From Felis catus (lineage: Eukaryota): a stretch of DNA of 64,000 nt. Positions 40,321 through 52,686 of the stretch are shown here, in pieces. Location of the stretch: the NCBI RefSeq assembly GCF_018350175.1, contig NC_058368.1, positions 49,044,001 through 49,108,000 of the forward strand, read 5' to 3'. Under the pieces are notes generated by a model, which ran no database searches, was not told where the DNA came from, and saw nothing but the letters and a program-made list of their open reading frames with translations. Position numbers and translations under genes: made by a program. Every line of letters starts with the position of its first letter. Positions within the stretch are counted from its first letter, which is position 1.

Positions 40321-41065
40321 TGTTAGGAGTTGAATTGTATCCCCTCCAAAATTCAAATGATGAACTCCCTAGTACCTCAGAATGTAACATCATTTGGAAA
40401 CAGAGTTGTGACAGATGTGATTCGTTAACATTAAAGTGGATCCCTACTCCAATGTAACTGGGGAGAAATTTGGACACAGAGATAGACATACATACAGAGA
40501 ACATATCAAGTCAACAAGAAGACAGAGATTGGGGTTGCCATGGACTGAATTTGTCCTCCCCCAAATCATGTTGAAGCTCTAACTCTCAATATGACTGTAT
40601 TTGGAGATAGGGCCAATGAAAAGGGAATTAAGGTTAAATGAAGCCTTAAGGGTGGGGCTGTGATCTGATAGGATTAGTGTTTTATAAGAAGAAACACCAG
40701 AGTGTTCTCCCTGTCCTTCAACACAGAAAGAAGATGGCTGTCTCTGAGCCAGGAACAGAGCTCTGACCAGAAACCAAATCAGCCAGCATTTTGATCTTGG
40801 ACATCCTAGCCTTGAGAACTATGAGAAATAAACACAAATACAGGGGTGATACATCTACAAGCCCAAGACACCAAAGACGGTCAGAAAACCACCAGAAGCC
40901 AGGAGGCATAGTATAGAGGGAGCTCACAGCCCTCAGAAGGAACCAGCCCTCCCTACACCATAATCTCAGACTTCTAGTCTCCACAACTGTCAGACAATAC
41001 ATTTCTGTTATTCAAGGCATCTAGTATGTGGTGCTTTGTTACAGCAGCCCTAGAAAACTAACACA
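40321..41065 (+). mobile_element. MaLR LTR (MLT1C-like), interrupted
   Basis: 'tgttaggagttgaattgtatcccctccaaaattca' to 'tttgttacagcagccctagaaaactaacaca'. Confidence 0.88.
40536..40842 (+). mobile_element. MaLR LTR (MLT1A-like) nested in the MLT1C-like LTR
   Basis: TG...CA termini; perfect 5-bp TSD GGGGT at 40531-35 and 40843-47. Confidence 0.88.
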
Positions 41066-41524
41066 ATGCCCAACTAAAAGACCAAGGCAGTGGATATAAC
41101 ATTAGCCAGTCTCTGAGGCCCCATGGCTTGGCTGAGCTCGACCTCTATTTTAGTGTCCATCCACAGGAAAGCCAGAAACTGAGTCAGATGTTGGACTTAT
41201 TCCCAAGGGTGGGACGTGTGTCTGTCACAGACCAGTCTTCAGCATTTTTCTTATAACACCACTCCTGTCTCTTTAACAGATATAACGATTTTACCTTATT
41301 GCTATTTTTTTTCCTCAGTATGGTCTAGACCTAACAATACTCAGTAAATTGTAACCAATTGCTATAAAGGGCCTTTTACTTTTGCTCAAAAGTCTCTTTT
41401 CCTCAAGGAAAATCAAGGAATATCACAAACTAAGCTTTTAAGGAAAAGTCCTATGCATGGAAAAATGAACAAGTGTATCAAAACTCAATAAAAATAAAAG
41501 GATATACACATAAATAACTTAGGT

Positions 41525-41670
41525 CTGGGCCAGAGTCTTGGAATCAGGACCAGAATTTCTGAATTCTAAGATGGGTTTTGCTGCTACCAGTTAAGCAAAT
41601 TTGGAAAAGTCTACCTCTCCTCTTGAGACTGCCATTTCCTCTTCAAGATGAGACAATTGGACTGAGCTCC
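41525..41670 (+). mobile_element. MIR/MIR3 fragment
   Basis: 'ttggaatcaggac...ttggaaaagtctacctctc...catttcctcttcaagatgagacaattggact'. Confidence 0.55.
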
Positions 41671-42387
41671 CTCATAACACATGGGCCTTAAGAATCCCCG
41701 TATTCCTCTGTTACCTGTGATTCAACCTCATCTGTACCAGGCTCTGTTCCTGGCAGGATTTGGGACCATGGGATTGATGGAGCCATGGGATAAAACCAGG
41801 TGGGTATGGAAGGTTCTGGCTTTCCTACATAGTTTGAGTGCCAGACCCAACCAACAAATACACATTTGCCAGCAATGACCTTGTGGAGATTTTTCAAATG
41901 CTGAACAATTATGCCCATAGATTTTCCCATTATTTTTAGCCTCACTGCATGTTTTGTTTCATTTTGTTTTATAAAATGATTTTTGGAACCCTCTCCATTA
42001 TAGAAACTGTGACAGTATTGGCAATCATGGTAATTTTCTCCCCCACACTGTGATTTAGTGTGGACTCAGCCTTTTTCCAGAGAATTTACCTACTGCAGAG
42101 GTTGAGCTCTGTTTTTCTCTTATTCCAAGCCCCTTTTATTTCCTTCAGATAAAATAGCAAAAAGAACTGGCTGTGGATAGATTTTTTTCCTAAGGTTTTT
42201 TGGTTCTATTATCATTGAAATAATAAATTTTGAAATATAAATTCTATATTCAATATAATCCTAACAAAGAGCATAGGCTTTCATAAGTATAAGATGTATC
42301 AAAACTTGAATTCACAGAAAGTGGAATATCAATTTAGTTTATGCAATGTTGAGACTTCATGAATAAGACAGAATTTGCTTTGGACTT

Positions 42388-42414
42388 AAAAAAATTTTTA
42401 AATGTTTATTTATT

Positions 42415-42451
<37 letters not shown>

Positions 42452-42610
42452 ATGAGCAGGGGAGAAAAGAGAGAGAGGGAGACACAGAATCTGAAGCAGG
42501 CTCCAGGCTCTGAGCTGTTAGCACAGACACAGGGCTCGAACTCACAGATCACAAGATTATGACCTGAGCCAAAGTCAGACACTTAACCGACTGAGCCACC
42601 CAGGGGCCCC
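42388..42610 (-). mobile_element. Carnivore SINE (SINEC)
   Basis: Reverse-complement head 'ctgagccacccaggggcccc'; TSD tgct(t/c)tggactt. Confidence 0.95.
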
Positions 42611-42753
42611 TGCTCTGGACTTTGAATGAGCTTTATATACAAAGGTAGTAATTAGGGTAGACATTATTGGATAAGAACCAATGTGAGCAAAGGTGGAATA
42701 AGAAAGGCATTGGCCATATTTACAGGCACTTCCAGACTAGAAAGGATCTTAAA

Positions 42754-42923
42754 GTAACCTCTTAATGGCTATGAGGTTTCCTTCTAAGGTGATGAACATG
42801 TGTCGGAACTAGATAGGAGTACTGTTTGCACAACACTGTGCATGTACTAAATGCCACTAAATTGTTCACTTTAAAATGGTTAATTTTATGTTATGAGAAT
42901 TTCACTTCAATTAAAAAAAAAGT
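42754..42923 (+). mobile_element. LINE-1 3' end (L1MB-like)
   Basis: 'aatgccactaaattgttcactttaaaatggttaattttatgttatg' plus poly-A; TSD gaaag(g/a)atcttaaa at 42740 and 42924. Confidence 0.88.
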
Positions 42924-42943
42924 GAAAGAATCTTAAACGGTAG

Positions 42944-43068
42944 GCAACACCTCGTGGCTCAGTCGGTTGAGTGTCCGACTCTTGATTTCAGCTCAGGTCA
43001 TGATCTTTCAGTTCATCAGTTCGAGCCCTGCGCTGGGCTCTGCACTGACAGTGCAGAGTCTGCTTGGG

Positions 43069-43107
<39 letters not shown>

Positions 43108-43146
43108 CTCACTCACTCTTTCTCTCTCTCTCACTCTCTCTCAAAA
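42944..43146 (+). mobile_element. Carnivore SINE (SINEC)
   Basis: 'gtggctcagtcggttgagtgtccgactcttgatttcagctcagg', long (CT)n. Confidence 0.93.
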
Positions 43147-43299
43147 TTGGAATTTATGGAGGTGGAGAAGTCACATGATCAAAACAACAGAAGATAGTGA
43201 CAATTCTGGAAATGTACCAAATGGGGATGTATATGAAGTGGGGAGAGCATTTACATGGCTATTGAAGTAGTCTACCTTGTAATCTAAAACCAACGCATA

Positions 43300-44060
43300 A
43301 TCTTTTCTTTGAACATCCTTTTGTGTAAATTTCCAAACATACACAAAGTTAGAGAATATAGGTCAATGAATTGCATACACATATCACCCAACTTCAATAA
43401 TTTTCAATATTTTGCTGAGCTGTTTTCATCTGTTTCCCTCCCTACTGCACCAACTCATCTTCACATATTGTTTTATTTTGCTTCCTTAGTATTTTAAGGG
43501 AAATCCTAGATATCATAACTTTTCACCAGAAATAAACTTCAGAGTACATCTTCAACTTATAAAGACATCTGTTTTCTCCTCCTCCTTCCGATCAAACAGT
43601 GCATGCAATAGAATTACGAGCAAATTCTTAATACCATCCAATGTTTCCCTGATTATACTGAAGGTAAGTTTGAAAGGTTAGTTGTTCTAATGAGATCTAA
43701 ACTTATTATGTAACTTAAATGTCTTTTATCCTACAATGACACCCTGATCCTTTTTTATTAGGCCATTGATTTGTTGGAGAAAATGTGTTACTTCTCTTGC
43801 AGAATACTCTACCTCCTGTATTTGGATGCTTGCTGCCAAACAGCCCCATCTTGGATGAGTGGAAACCACTCCAAGTTGGATTCTGTTCCCTATTGATATA
43901 AAAATGGTACAGAGAGACCATAATCAAAGATTTGGAACGCATATTGTTATCACTTCTCACTGCTTCTAGGAAATTTCAGAGGACAGAGCTAAATGTGCAT
44001 ATATTCACACAAAAACTGAGCTTACAGTGATAGTTACAATCAAATATAAGGTAACATAGT
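43300..44060 (-). mobile_element. Old LINE-1 3' region (L1MC/ME-like)
   Basis: 'aaatttccaaacatacacaaagttagagaata...catatcacccaacttcaataatt' is a typical antisense old-L1 3' end. Confidence 0.65.
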
Positions 44061-44061
44061 T

Positions 44062-44286
44062 TCTTTTTTTATTATTTTATTTTATTTTATTTTTGAGAGA
44101 GAGAGAGAGAGATACAGAGTGTGAGTGGAGGAGGGGCAGAGAGAGAGGGAAACACAGAATCCGAAGCAGGTTCCAGGCTCTGAGCTGTCAGCACAGAGCC
44201 CCACGTGGGGCTTGAACCCACAGGCTGTGAGATCATGACCTGAGCCAAAGTTGGACGCTTAACCAACTGAGCCACCCAGGCGCCCC
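44062..44286 (-). mobile_element. Carnivore SINE (SINEC)
   Basis: Reverse-complement head 'ctgagccacccaggcgcccc'; TSD acatagtt. Confidence 0.95.
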
Positions 44287-44327
44287 TACATAGTTACATT
44301 TAATTCCCTTGGTTGAATTTTTTTTAT

Positions 44328-44777
44328 TGTTAACCTTAAAATTGTCAGTTATTTCACCAGTAGAAATGTTTATTTGGGAATAGCTGACAGTTGCAATTTA
44401 GGACATGCAAACTATGGCAGAACTACAAGCAAGTCCAGAGAACAAAGAGGAATGCTCTTTTATACAGGAAAGGGGGAGAGAGTTTGGGAGGGGCTGTTAC
44501 AAATCAAAAGTCCATTGGAATAAACTGGGAGTTGGAAGTGTAGTGGCTTTTCATTGGCTGATTTATGAAGGTCTCTCAGTAGCTAAGCTGTTGCCAGGGA
44601 AGGAGAAAATCCTTCTTCCTGCTGGGGTGTAAAGTATAAGCTTCTTCCTGCTGGGAATGCAAGCCACCTCTCTTTTGTTGTGGTCTTCAATTAAGGATGA
44701 GTGGTAGGGTGTAAGAACCCTCCCATTCTGGCCTCCCAACTCTATTTTAAATAAAGTTCCCTATATTCAGTTTCATA
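44328..44777 (-). mobile_element. Probable ERV1-class solo LTR
   Basis: About 450 bp starting 'tgttaacc', with an antisense polyA signal (tttatt) near the start; family uncertain. Confidence 0.5.
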
Positions 44778-45447
44778 GTATTATCTCATGGTGAAAACAG
44801 TTTTTAATTTAATTAGTGAAATTATTTGTAAAATACTTTTGAAATGATAATATAATATTCCAACTGATGATTATACTACTGAAAGCAGCTTGCATTTTCT
44901 TTGCCAGGAGATCTTTGAGATCACTTTTTTCAACATTACTCAGATTGGTGGTGTGCCAATTCCTTTTGGCTTTATTTGCAAACACCTGTCAATACTGTCT
45001 CTCCATTTCCATTCCTACTACCATTGCCCTAATTTGATCAGTCCTTCTAAAACAGGTTATTTCATATTCTCATAATATGTTTCTCTCCTTCTCAACTTCT
45101 ACTTCTCCAAGATCTATATGTTTCTGTCAGAGATAATATTTCTAAGACACAGATTTGATTCAAAAAATAAGCAAAAGGAGCTAAACTTCAGTGGCTCCTC
45201 ATTTCTGCTCACCGAAATCCAGACTCCTTGCCCTGAAGGTGAAGGCCCACCTCCACAGGATAATATGCAATATTGTCAAATGTCATTGGAACTCATGGTC
45301 TATAGCTTGCTGACATCTAGAGGTCTGCCCCTATGGGTATAGAACTCAGCATTCCTGTGTATCTGCTTTAGAATATACTATATATGGGAAAGACAAAGGG
45401 ACTGACATCCCAAGGCTTTCAGAAAACAATTGAAAAATGTCTCATTA

Positions 45448-45450
<3 letters not shown>

Positions 45451-45490
<40 letters not shown>
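45451..45490. repeat. (CT)n microsatellite
   Basis: Directly visible. Confidence 0.95.
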
Positions 45491-46709
45491 AAATCTCTCT
45501 TTGGCTGCTCTTCAACTATTTTTTCCTTCTTTGACCCTTTTTCTGAACAGTATCACTAATCTGACTTCACTGAATCTTTTTCTTGGATTTTTTCCTGGAA
45601 ACTTCATGTTTTTATCTGTTCCTTCATATAGAATAATTAATTCTCCTCCAGTTCTCACTTTGAAAGTTCTATCTGCAAAGAAGCCGTGTATATAGTAAAA
45701 CAATGGTATCACCTAGTAATAGGACTCATTTTCCTTACGGTTAGAAGCTACATTTTATAACTTAAATATATCTTTTTGTTTCTCACCCATACTTCAGTGG
45801 TTTATCTATGTTTCACATAACTAGTTGCTCACATATCCAAGTTTTCTTCTTTTACACAAAATTTATCCCAAATTGCCTCCCCCCTGCTATATTCCAAGAG
45901 TGCTCTACACTCTGATGAGACAAAAACTCATTTACCCCTTTCTTTTTACTTCTATGATATTAAAGTGTCTATAACTGGATTGCATTTCCCATTATTTCCA
46001 CCAACTGAAATCCCAATCATCATTCAAAATTCTATATGCCATCTTCTTCATGAATCTTTTCCCCCTGTTCCAATTCCAAGCTAGCCCTCTCTTAGAATTC
46101 CAGTACCATTTACAGATGTCCCACTTAGGTCATTTATGTTACTGTGCCTGGCATTATATTTGTCTGTGTCTATGTATGTCTCCTTTATTAGAGTACATTT
46201 TGCCTGTGGGGATACCTTATTTTATTCACATCAAGTTTACCCAGTGACTTAATAAATTCTATGTTGAAGCAAATAATAAATCTTACTATTACTTAGATTT
46301 AAATAACCCCAAATCATCTGTATTCTGAAATTAAATAATGACTTAACTAATGTAAAAGACAGTGGACTTTGCTGAGAACCCAGTAAATCTTATAGATTCT
46401 CTCCCTATGAAAACAGGATAACTCTCAAAGTTTTCAGTCATTTGCATGGTTATATTTGTTTTATTTTGCTGCCTCAGTGGAGCTGGAGAACTACTGTTCT
46501 CCTTGTTATTTCTATTTTCATGTCAAGGCTGTTTAACTCTTCTCCATGTTCTATTTAATTGTTTCCTAATTTGAAATTAGTGTGATTAGTGATAGCTCTT
46601 GAAAGTAATTCCATTATAAAAGAAGAGTTTTTGTGTTGGAAAAATGTGTTCCACCCAACACACTACAGATACTCATTATGGAACTGAATCTTATTGAATA
46701 CTCACTGAA

Positions 46710-46785
46710 GTGTGTGTGTGTGTGCGTGTGTGTGTGTGCGCGTGTGCACACGCGTGCATGCACACGTGCTTGCTTGTGTGTGTGT
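46710..46785. repeat. (TG/CG/CA)n alternating tract
   Basis: Directly visible. Confidence 0.93.
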
Positions 46786-47951
46786 TGGGGGAGGTGCATT
46801 GCTAGGTATTATCATTCATGTCAGGTACTCAGAGACAAATAAAGGGAAACAGAACCAGTTGGTACCTGAGAAAGTGTGGGCTGCTTACAGATGTGCAAAA
46901 AAATTCACGCATAAAATAAATTGTTAATTAATGTAATTATTCCACTGCTTTCCCTTGTAAGCCCCTTCCTTAGGGAACTATGAAAAAGCCAGATGCTGAT
47001 CTGGGAAATGTCCCCGAATTATTCTTTTGAAAAATATTAACACTCCATTACAAAAGGTCTTGCCTGGAATAATACTGAAACTCAGCTCCCCATGACTAGC
47101 AATGTTTAGAAGTAGCAACATATTGGAGCAAACTGACTTTAGGGTGAGCATTTTCCAATGGATTAGGAATAATGTGAGCTTTACAATTATCCTTTAATAT
47201 TATCCCATTTCCAATGGCACAGGTAGATCTCTTCTGGTGATTAGTGGTATAAATGCCTTCTGAGACCTCCTTCTCACTAAACATAACAGAGGTGATAATT
47301 GCACAGTTCTTGGCCTTGAGTGGCTGCCCAGTCACACTGCTTCTTCTGGTGCAGCTGGTGTGGTTGGTAGTGAATGCCACCATTGCTGTATCCCTCAGAT
47401 CCCATGCAAATTAGTGGAATTTGTGAATTTGATTTGAATTAAAAGGTGGAAAGAAAGATATAATTTCTCTTCTCTTGCTAAACGTAGAACGATCCTTTTG
47501 TGGGTACACAAAAAGGTGTGATGGTGACTGTGGGTCAGAGGGAATTCTGAAACATGCCTGCCATTTTATGGTAACTCAGAACTCATTGGGGTTTTTTTTG
47601 TTGTTGTTTGTTTTGTTTTGCTTAAGGCAATTATAGTAATAATACCCTGACATAGTAAGAACTTATGTTTTTGTGTGTGCGCGTGTGTAGATTAGGCTAT
47701 TTGGAATTTTGAAAGAAGACCACAAGCTTACAAAATGGAATAATTGGTAGCATCAAACATCAGGGCCAGTGGAGCTTTTGGAGTGGAACTTTTAAAATAA
47801 AAGGACTTAAGACTTCTGGTGACAGTGGCTGTATGTACACTGAGACCAGACCTGTGGTGTAGAGTAAAAAAACAAAAACAAAAACAAAAACTGTACAGTG
47901 TGTTTTAACTGTACACAAAAGGATAAAAATATAAAGAATAGGCATGATGAT

Positions 47952-48178
47952 GGGGCGCCTGGCTGGCTCAGTTGGTTAAGGGTCTGACTTTGGCTCAGGT
48001 CGTGATCTCACGGTTCATGAGTTTGGGCCCTGCATCAGGCTTGGTGCGGACAGCTCAGAGTATGGAGCCTGCTTCAGATTCTGTGTCTCCCTTTTTCTCT
48101 CTCTACCCCTCTCCTGCTCACACTCTGTATCGCTCTCCCTCAAAAATAAAAAACATTAAAAAATCTTAAAAAAAAAAA
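47952..48178 (+). mobile_element. Carnivore SINE (SINEC)
   Basis: 'ggggcgcctggctggctcagttggttaag'; TSD aaaga(a/g)taggcatgatga. Confidence 0.96.
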
Positions 48179-48216
48179 GAGTAGGCATGATGACATGTCT
48201 ATAATATGGGACATGA

Positions 48217-48423
48217 GGGGCGCCTGGGTGGCGCAGTCGGTTAAGCGTCCGACTTCAGCCAGGTCACGATCTCGCGGTCCGTGAGTTCAAGCCCCGCGTC
48301 GGGCTCTGGGCTGATGGCTCAGAGCCTGGAGCCTGTTTCCGATTCTGTGTCTCCCTCTCTCTCTGCCCCTCCCCCGTTCATGCTCTCTCTCTGTCCCAAA
48401 AATAAATAAATGTTGAAAAAATA
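48217..48423 (+). mobile_element. Young felid-type SINE (SINEC_Fc-like)
   Basis: CpG-rich 'ggggcgcctgggtggcgcagtcggttaagcgtccgacttcagccaggtcacgatctcgcggtccgtgag'; TSD tataatatgggaca(t/c)ga. Confidence 0.96.
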
Positions 48424-49989
48424 TATAATATGGGACACGATATGTCTAACTCCTTCTTCCATTATGCAAGAGAAACATTATGAATGCCAAGGACCTTATG
48501 ACAACACTGAGAAAATTAGCATAATGTTCACAGAAAGTAAACCACCTGGTTCTTCTTAAGGACTATCCACCCACCAAATTACCTTTGGTTCTCTATATTA
48601 TAGTCGGTTAGTGAAACAAAAGAGTTAATTAAATTTGTTTATAAAATGTAGAGTTTGGATGATGAAAAAAGTTAAGTGTTGACATGTATGAGTGATTTGA
48701 ATCTGAAGAACACAGAAACGATTTTTACCATGTGGTGATTTAAACTAAACTATATTTGAATCTAGAACCACTCTTAGAAGTATGCAGAGAGCACTTTTAG
48801 TGATGGAAGTCAATCATGCCTAGTTAAGTAGTCTATAACAAAAGGTAATTGAGTATACTCAAAACAGGTTCAAGCTTAGAGGGAGAGATTCTTACCAACT
48901 GTACAACTACTCAGACACAGCAAGTAAGAAGGAGAATTTTAACATCAGGTGAATAAGCACTAGATGTCTCAGTGACTGTGTACAAGTTGCTTGGTGGATA
49001 AACTGGAGCTAAGGGAGGGGGTACGGAAATTATGCTTTCTCTGAATTATCAGCCCAAATTGGGAATATTTGTACACTGCTGAGATGTTGGGCTAAGTTTC
49101 CTGGAATCCGCCCCTTTTATGTTTCTATGGAACTTGCCATTGTAGATCTTGTACATTACATTGAGTTATGTACTCAACTTGCTTACAGATCTTCATTCCC
49201 TAATGAACAAGTACGTGGTTCAAAGAAGGGTCTGTCTTGGGTTTATTTGTATTCTCTACACTGAGCTCAGTGATTGATGTTTACAAGGTACACAATAGAT
49301 GGCAGAAAGCCCAAATTCCTTCAAGTACTAAGATCTGTAATTCTGATGGCAAACTGATTTTTAACAACTCTGAAATACTTCAATTAATTATATGATTTGC
49401 AAAATTCTAATTTGAGATCAGTCATTCTGGGAAAATTCACAGGTCTCTAATGTGGATGCACTGAGGTATCTTAACTATCTGAAGTGGGAGGGAAAGTTAA
49501 AAGCCGTTCCAAGGATTGCACAGGTGGTGGAAGATGGAGGTTATCATGTCATTATGGGGGCCTGAGCAGGAAGGGCTGCTTCTGGAAGGCTGGCAGAGTG
49601 CCTGATGATATCAACCATTAGTTCATCTTATGCAGGTTTTGTTTGAGGTTTTGGTGTTACACCTAGGCAACAGTTGACAGCAGTCCGAATTATGGTACTT
49701 GATACTGGGGGGAAAGATACATTTAGAAAGGTAAATGGAAAAACTATTCATGCATGTGTATTATTTAAGGGCAGAAGGGACTGGAATCACCCAAAGAATG
49801 TTTAAAACCACAAAGAGATGAAAAAAAAACTATAAAATAAACAAAACTTCCTTGGTAAAGATTAAATGGGGGGAAAGGAGATGCAAAATGAGGTTGTGCA
49901 CCCCAGCGGTAGGAAGGTGTTTGCCAGTGAGAGCTGATGATGATGATGGTGGTGGTGAAGGAGACCCTGGTTACGGAAGAGACACTATT

Positions 49990-50165
49990 CGACAAAAGCT
50001 GTTCTGGCATGCCGCTCACATGAACTCACTCCATCTCAGAGCAAGTACAAGCCAGTGGTGCTTTCACTCACAGTGTACAGACAAGGGAACTGCGGCTCGC
50101 TCAGAGTCACACCGATCAAAGTGGAAAATGCAGGATACGAATTTAAGCAGACTGACTACAGCCTA
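49990..50165 (-). mobile_element. MIR fragment
   Basis: 'tacagacaagggaactgcggctc...gcaggatacgaatttaagcagactgactac'. Confidence 0.6.
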
Positions 50166-50933
50166 GAGAAAAGAAACTTGCAACAGAACTGCAGAAAAAC
50201 TGGTACTTTCCAGGATACAGGAGGTCACCAAATGCCCACATCAGGGCCTGACATGGTATCTTCTCTAAATTCCTTGCAACAGCCATACCAGACATTGGTG
50301 GTCTGGCCCGAGAGAAGACAAGAGAGCAAGAGTAGTAACCTCTCTCAGCACACACTGCGTGGGCGCATGGTGACTTAGGGAAACAGTCTCCTGGCCAGAA
50401 ACCACAGGGTGTTCTGTCCTGGGCCTGGCATGTTATATGCTCAGAACTTGGGAAATGACGTAGTTTTCTACCTAGAACTATTAAGTACATTTCTGAAAAA
50501 ACTAATCATTTGTTTTCTTCCCTAAACCAAACAATGAAAATGTGCTTAGAAACTGTATCATTTGCAAAAGGAAAAGGAGAAGAAGGGAGAAGAGAGAGCT
50601 AGATGCCCCTTGGTCCCTCCATCTTTGGCCAATAAGAGAACAGACAAGGTACATGCTACATGTATCACAACACTGAATCTTTCAGGTAAATGTGTAGGCG
50701 AGCACCAAAATGGAGGTGTGCACAAAAGAGCCACATGTCAACACTGAGTGTAACCTAAAGAAGCCCTCACGGTAAAGCAATAAAGGACGAAGGCTGATCA
50801 CTCCTTATGAAATAGAAACTTAATATGTTGATTGTTCACTTTGAGGGGTAAAGAGCTACATGTGAATTACCTTTACCTTTACAACTATAACATGTAGCAG
50901 CCTACCACAGTTCTTTAAAAAAGAAATAAACCT

Positions 50934-51148
50934 GGGGCGCCTGGATGCCTCACTCGGTTAAGTGTCTGATTTTGGCTCAGGTCATGATCTCACAGTTTGT
51001 GAGTTTGAGCCCCGAGTCGGGCTCTGTGCTGAGAGCTCAGAGCCTGGAGCCTGCTTCGGATTCTGTGTCTCCCTCTCTCCCTATCCCTCTCCTGCTCACA
51101 CTCTGTCTGTCTGTCTCTCTCTCAAGAATAAACATTAAAAAAAAAAAG
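50934..51148 (+). mobile_element. Carnivore SINE (SINEC)
   Basis: 'ggggcgcctggatgcctcactcggttaag...aataaacattaaaaaa'. Confidence 0.94.
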
Positions 51149-51359
51149 CTCGCAAAAAATAATGAACAGCTTATCCCAGTTGTTCTCCAGATAGATCCCC
51201 CATACCACAGAAATTCTTCAGAGTGCCTGCCCTCAATGCAGCCGAGGAGGGAGAGAGAAGAGTGATCTGCAGGCCTTGCTTAGGCGTTGGCTTCAAGTCC
51301 AGAAGCCCCACTTTTCTGTTTTACCAGTTTACACTTAAATGACTAAAAATAATGATTAT

Positions 51360-51714
51360 TATCTTAGTTTGGGCTAATATAACAGAGTACCTAAACTGGT
51401 GGCTTCTAAAGAACAGAGATTTATTTCTCACAGTTCTGAAGGATGGAAGTCTGAGATCAGGGTCCCAGCTTGGTTGTTCTGGTGAAAGCCCTCCTCTGGG
51501 CTGCCTGCTGCCAAAGTCTCATTGTCTTTGTATGGAGGAAGAGGCCAGGGAGCTCTCTGGGGTCTCTTTGACAAGGGTACTTAACCCATTCATTAAGGCT
51601 CTACCTTCATGACCTAATTACCTCCTAAGGGCCCCACCTCCCAATACCATCACATTGGGGGTTAGGATTTCAGTGTTTGAATTTGGGGGGAATACAAATA
51701 TTCATTCCATTGCA
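51360..51714 (-). mobile_element. MaLR solo LTR, MLT1A-like
   Basis: 'tatcttagtttgggctaatataaca' to 'acaaatattcattccattgca'; homologous to the reverse complement of 5652-6037. Confidence 0.88.
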
Positions 51715-52084
51715 GTCATGATGATGATAATGGCAATGATGGTGATGATAATTACATTCCAATGCCTTCAAGCATCGTATATCTTTGAAGACACTTTTAC
51801 TGCCTATTTTCATTACATTGTAGAAGTTGCTGACAGAAATATTTAGTTATCAGTGCTGTTCAGTCAGGTCATCTGAAGGTTGACGACAAGTATCAGCTTA
51901 GAACACTTAGATATGATTCAGATCTTTAGAAATACCTGAAGGTAATAATTTTACATGGGACTTTCCAAAGACAACTGAATCACTGAGCAAAAAATATTTC
52001 ATAGTATGAACTTCAAAATTCACTTGCAGTTATTTTAAGTGTATTAAAAATAAAAACCAGACAAAACTATAAAATAAGGAAGGT

Positions 52085-52285
52085 TGTAGTGTAAGAGGTC
52101 TGACTTTGGAGATAAATATACCCAGGTCCTATTTCTTGTTCACCTATTTAACAGATGGCCCTTGGGTAAATTAAGTGACCTGTTTCTTTCTCTTTAAAAT
52201 GGTGATAGTAATACTTACTTTCTGAAGTTGTGGGGATTAAAGGAAGTTTGCAAACTGTCTCACCTGATAGGCCTTCTCATTAGCT
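52085..52285 (+). mobile_element. MIR SINE
   Basis: 'ccttgggtaaattaagtgacctgtttc...taaaatggtgatagtaatacttac...gttgtggggattaaa'. Confidence 0.7.
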
Positions 52286-52686
52286 GCCATCCCTTCTTAC
52301 CTGTGGGCAGAGGTAGGTAGGCTCATGTTTCTGTTCTGTTGTGGCTTCTTTGTTGTGCTTCAGTGTTTACGATCTGCACCAGTCACTTCAATATGCTGGC
52401 TTCTACATTAGTTGTACCAATTCTTGGCAATAATGTTAATATGCTAATGTCAGGAAGCTTTCCTATTGGACAAACTTTGTCTGCAACTGGGCAACATACC
52501 AGTTTCAAAATTCAATTTTTCTACCTCTATTATATGGAGTCCATCAATTATATTACTCTTGCTCTTTTTTGTCCCTTATTTCCATTACACATATCCCTGT
52601 CTTCCTTCATAGGCATGAGTGTTTTATGCAACTCTTTCCAAGACTAAAGGACATCATGTTCTCCTTGTCGAAAAAGAATGTCCTTT

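Noticed and set aside
48217..48300. tRNA-like A/B boxes in SINE heads
   Set aside because: These are the tRNA-derived 5' parts of carnivore SINEs, followed by CT tracts, poly-A and TSDs; they are not tRNA genes.
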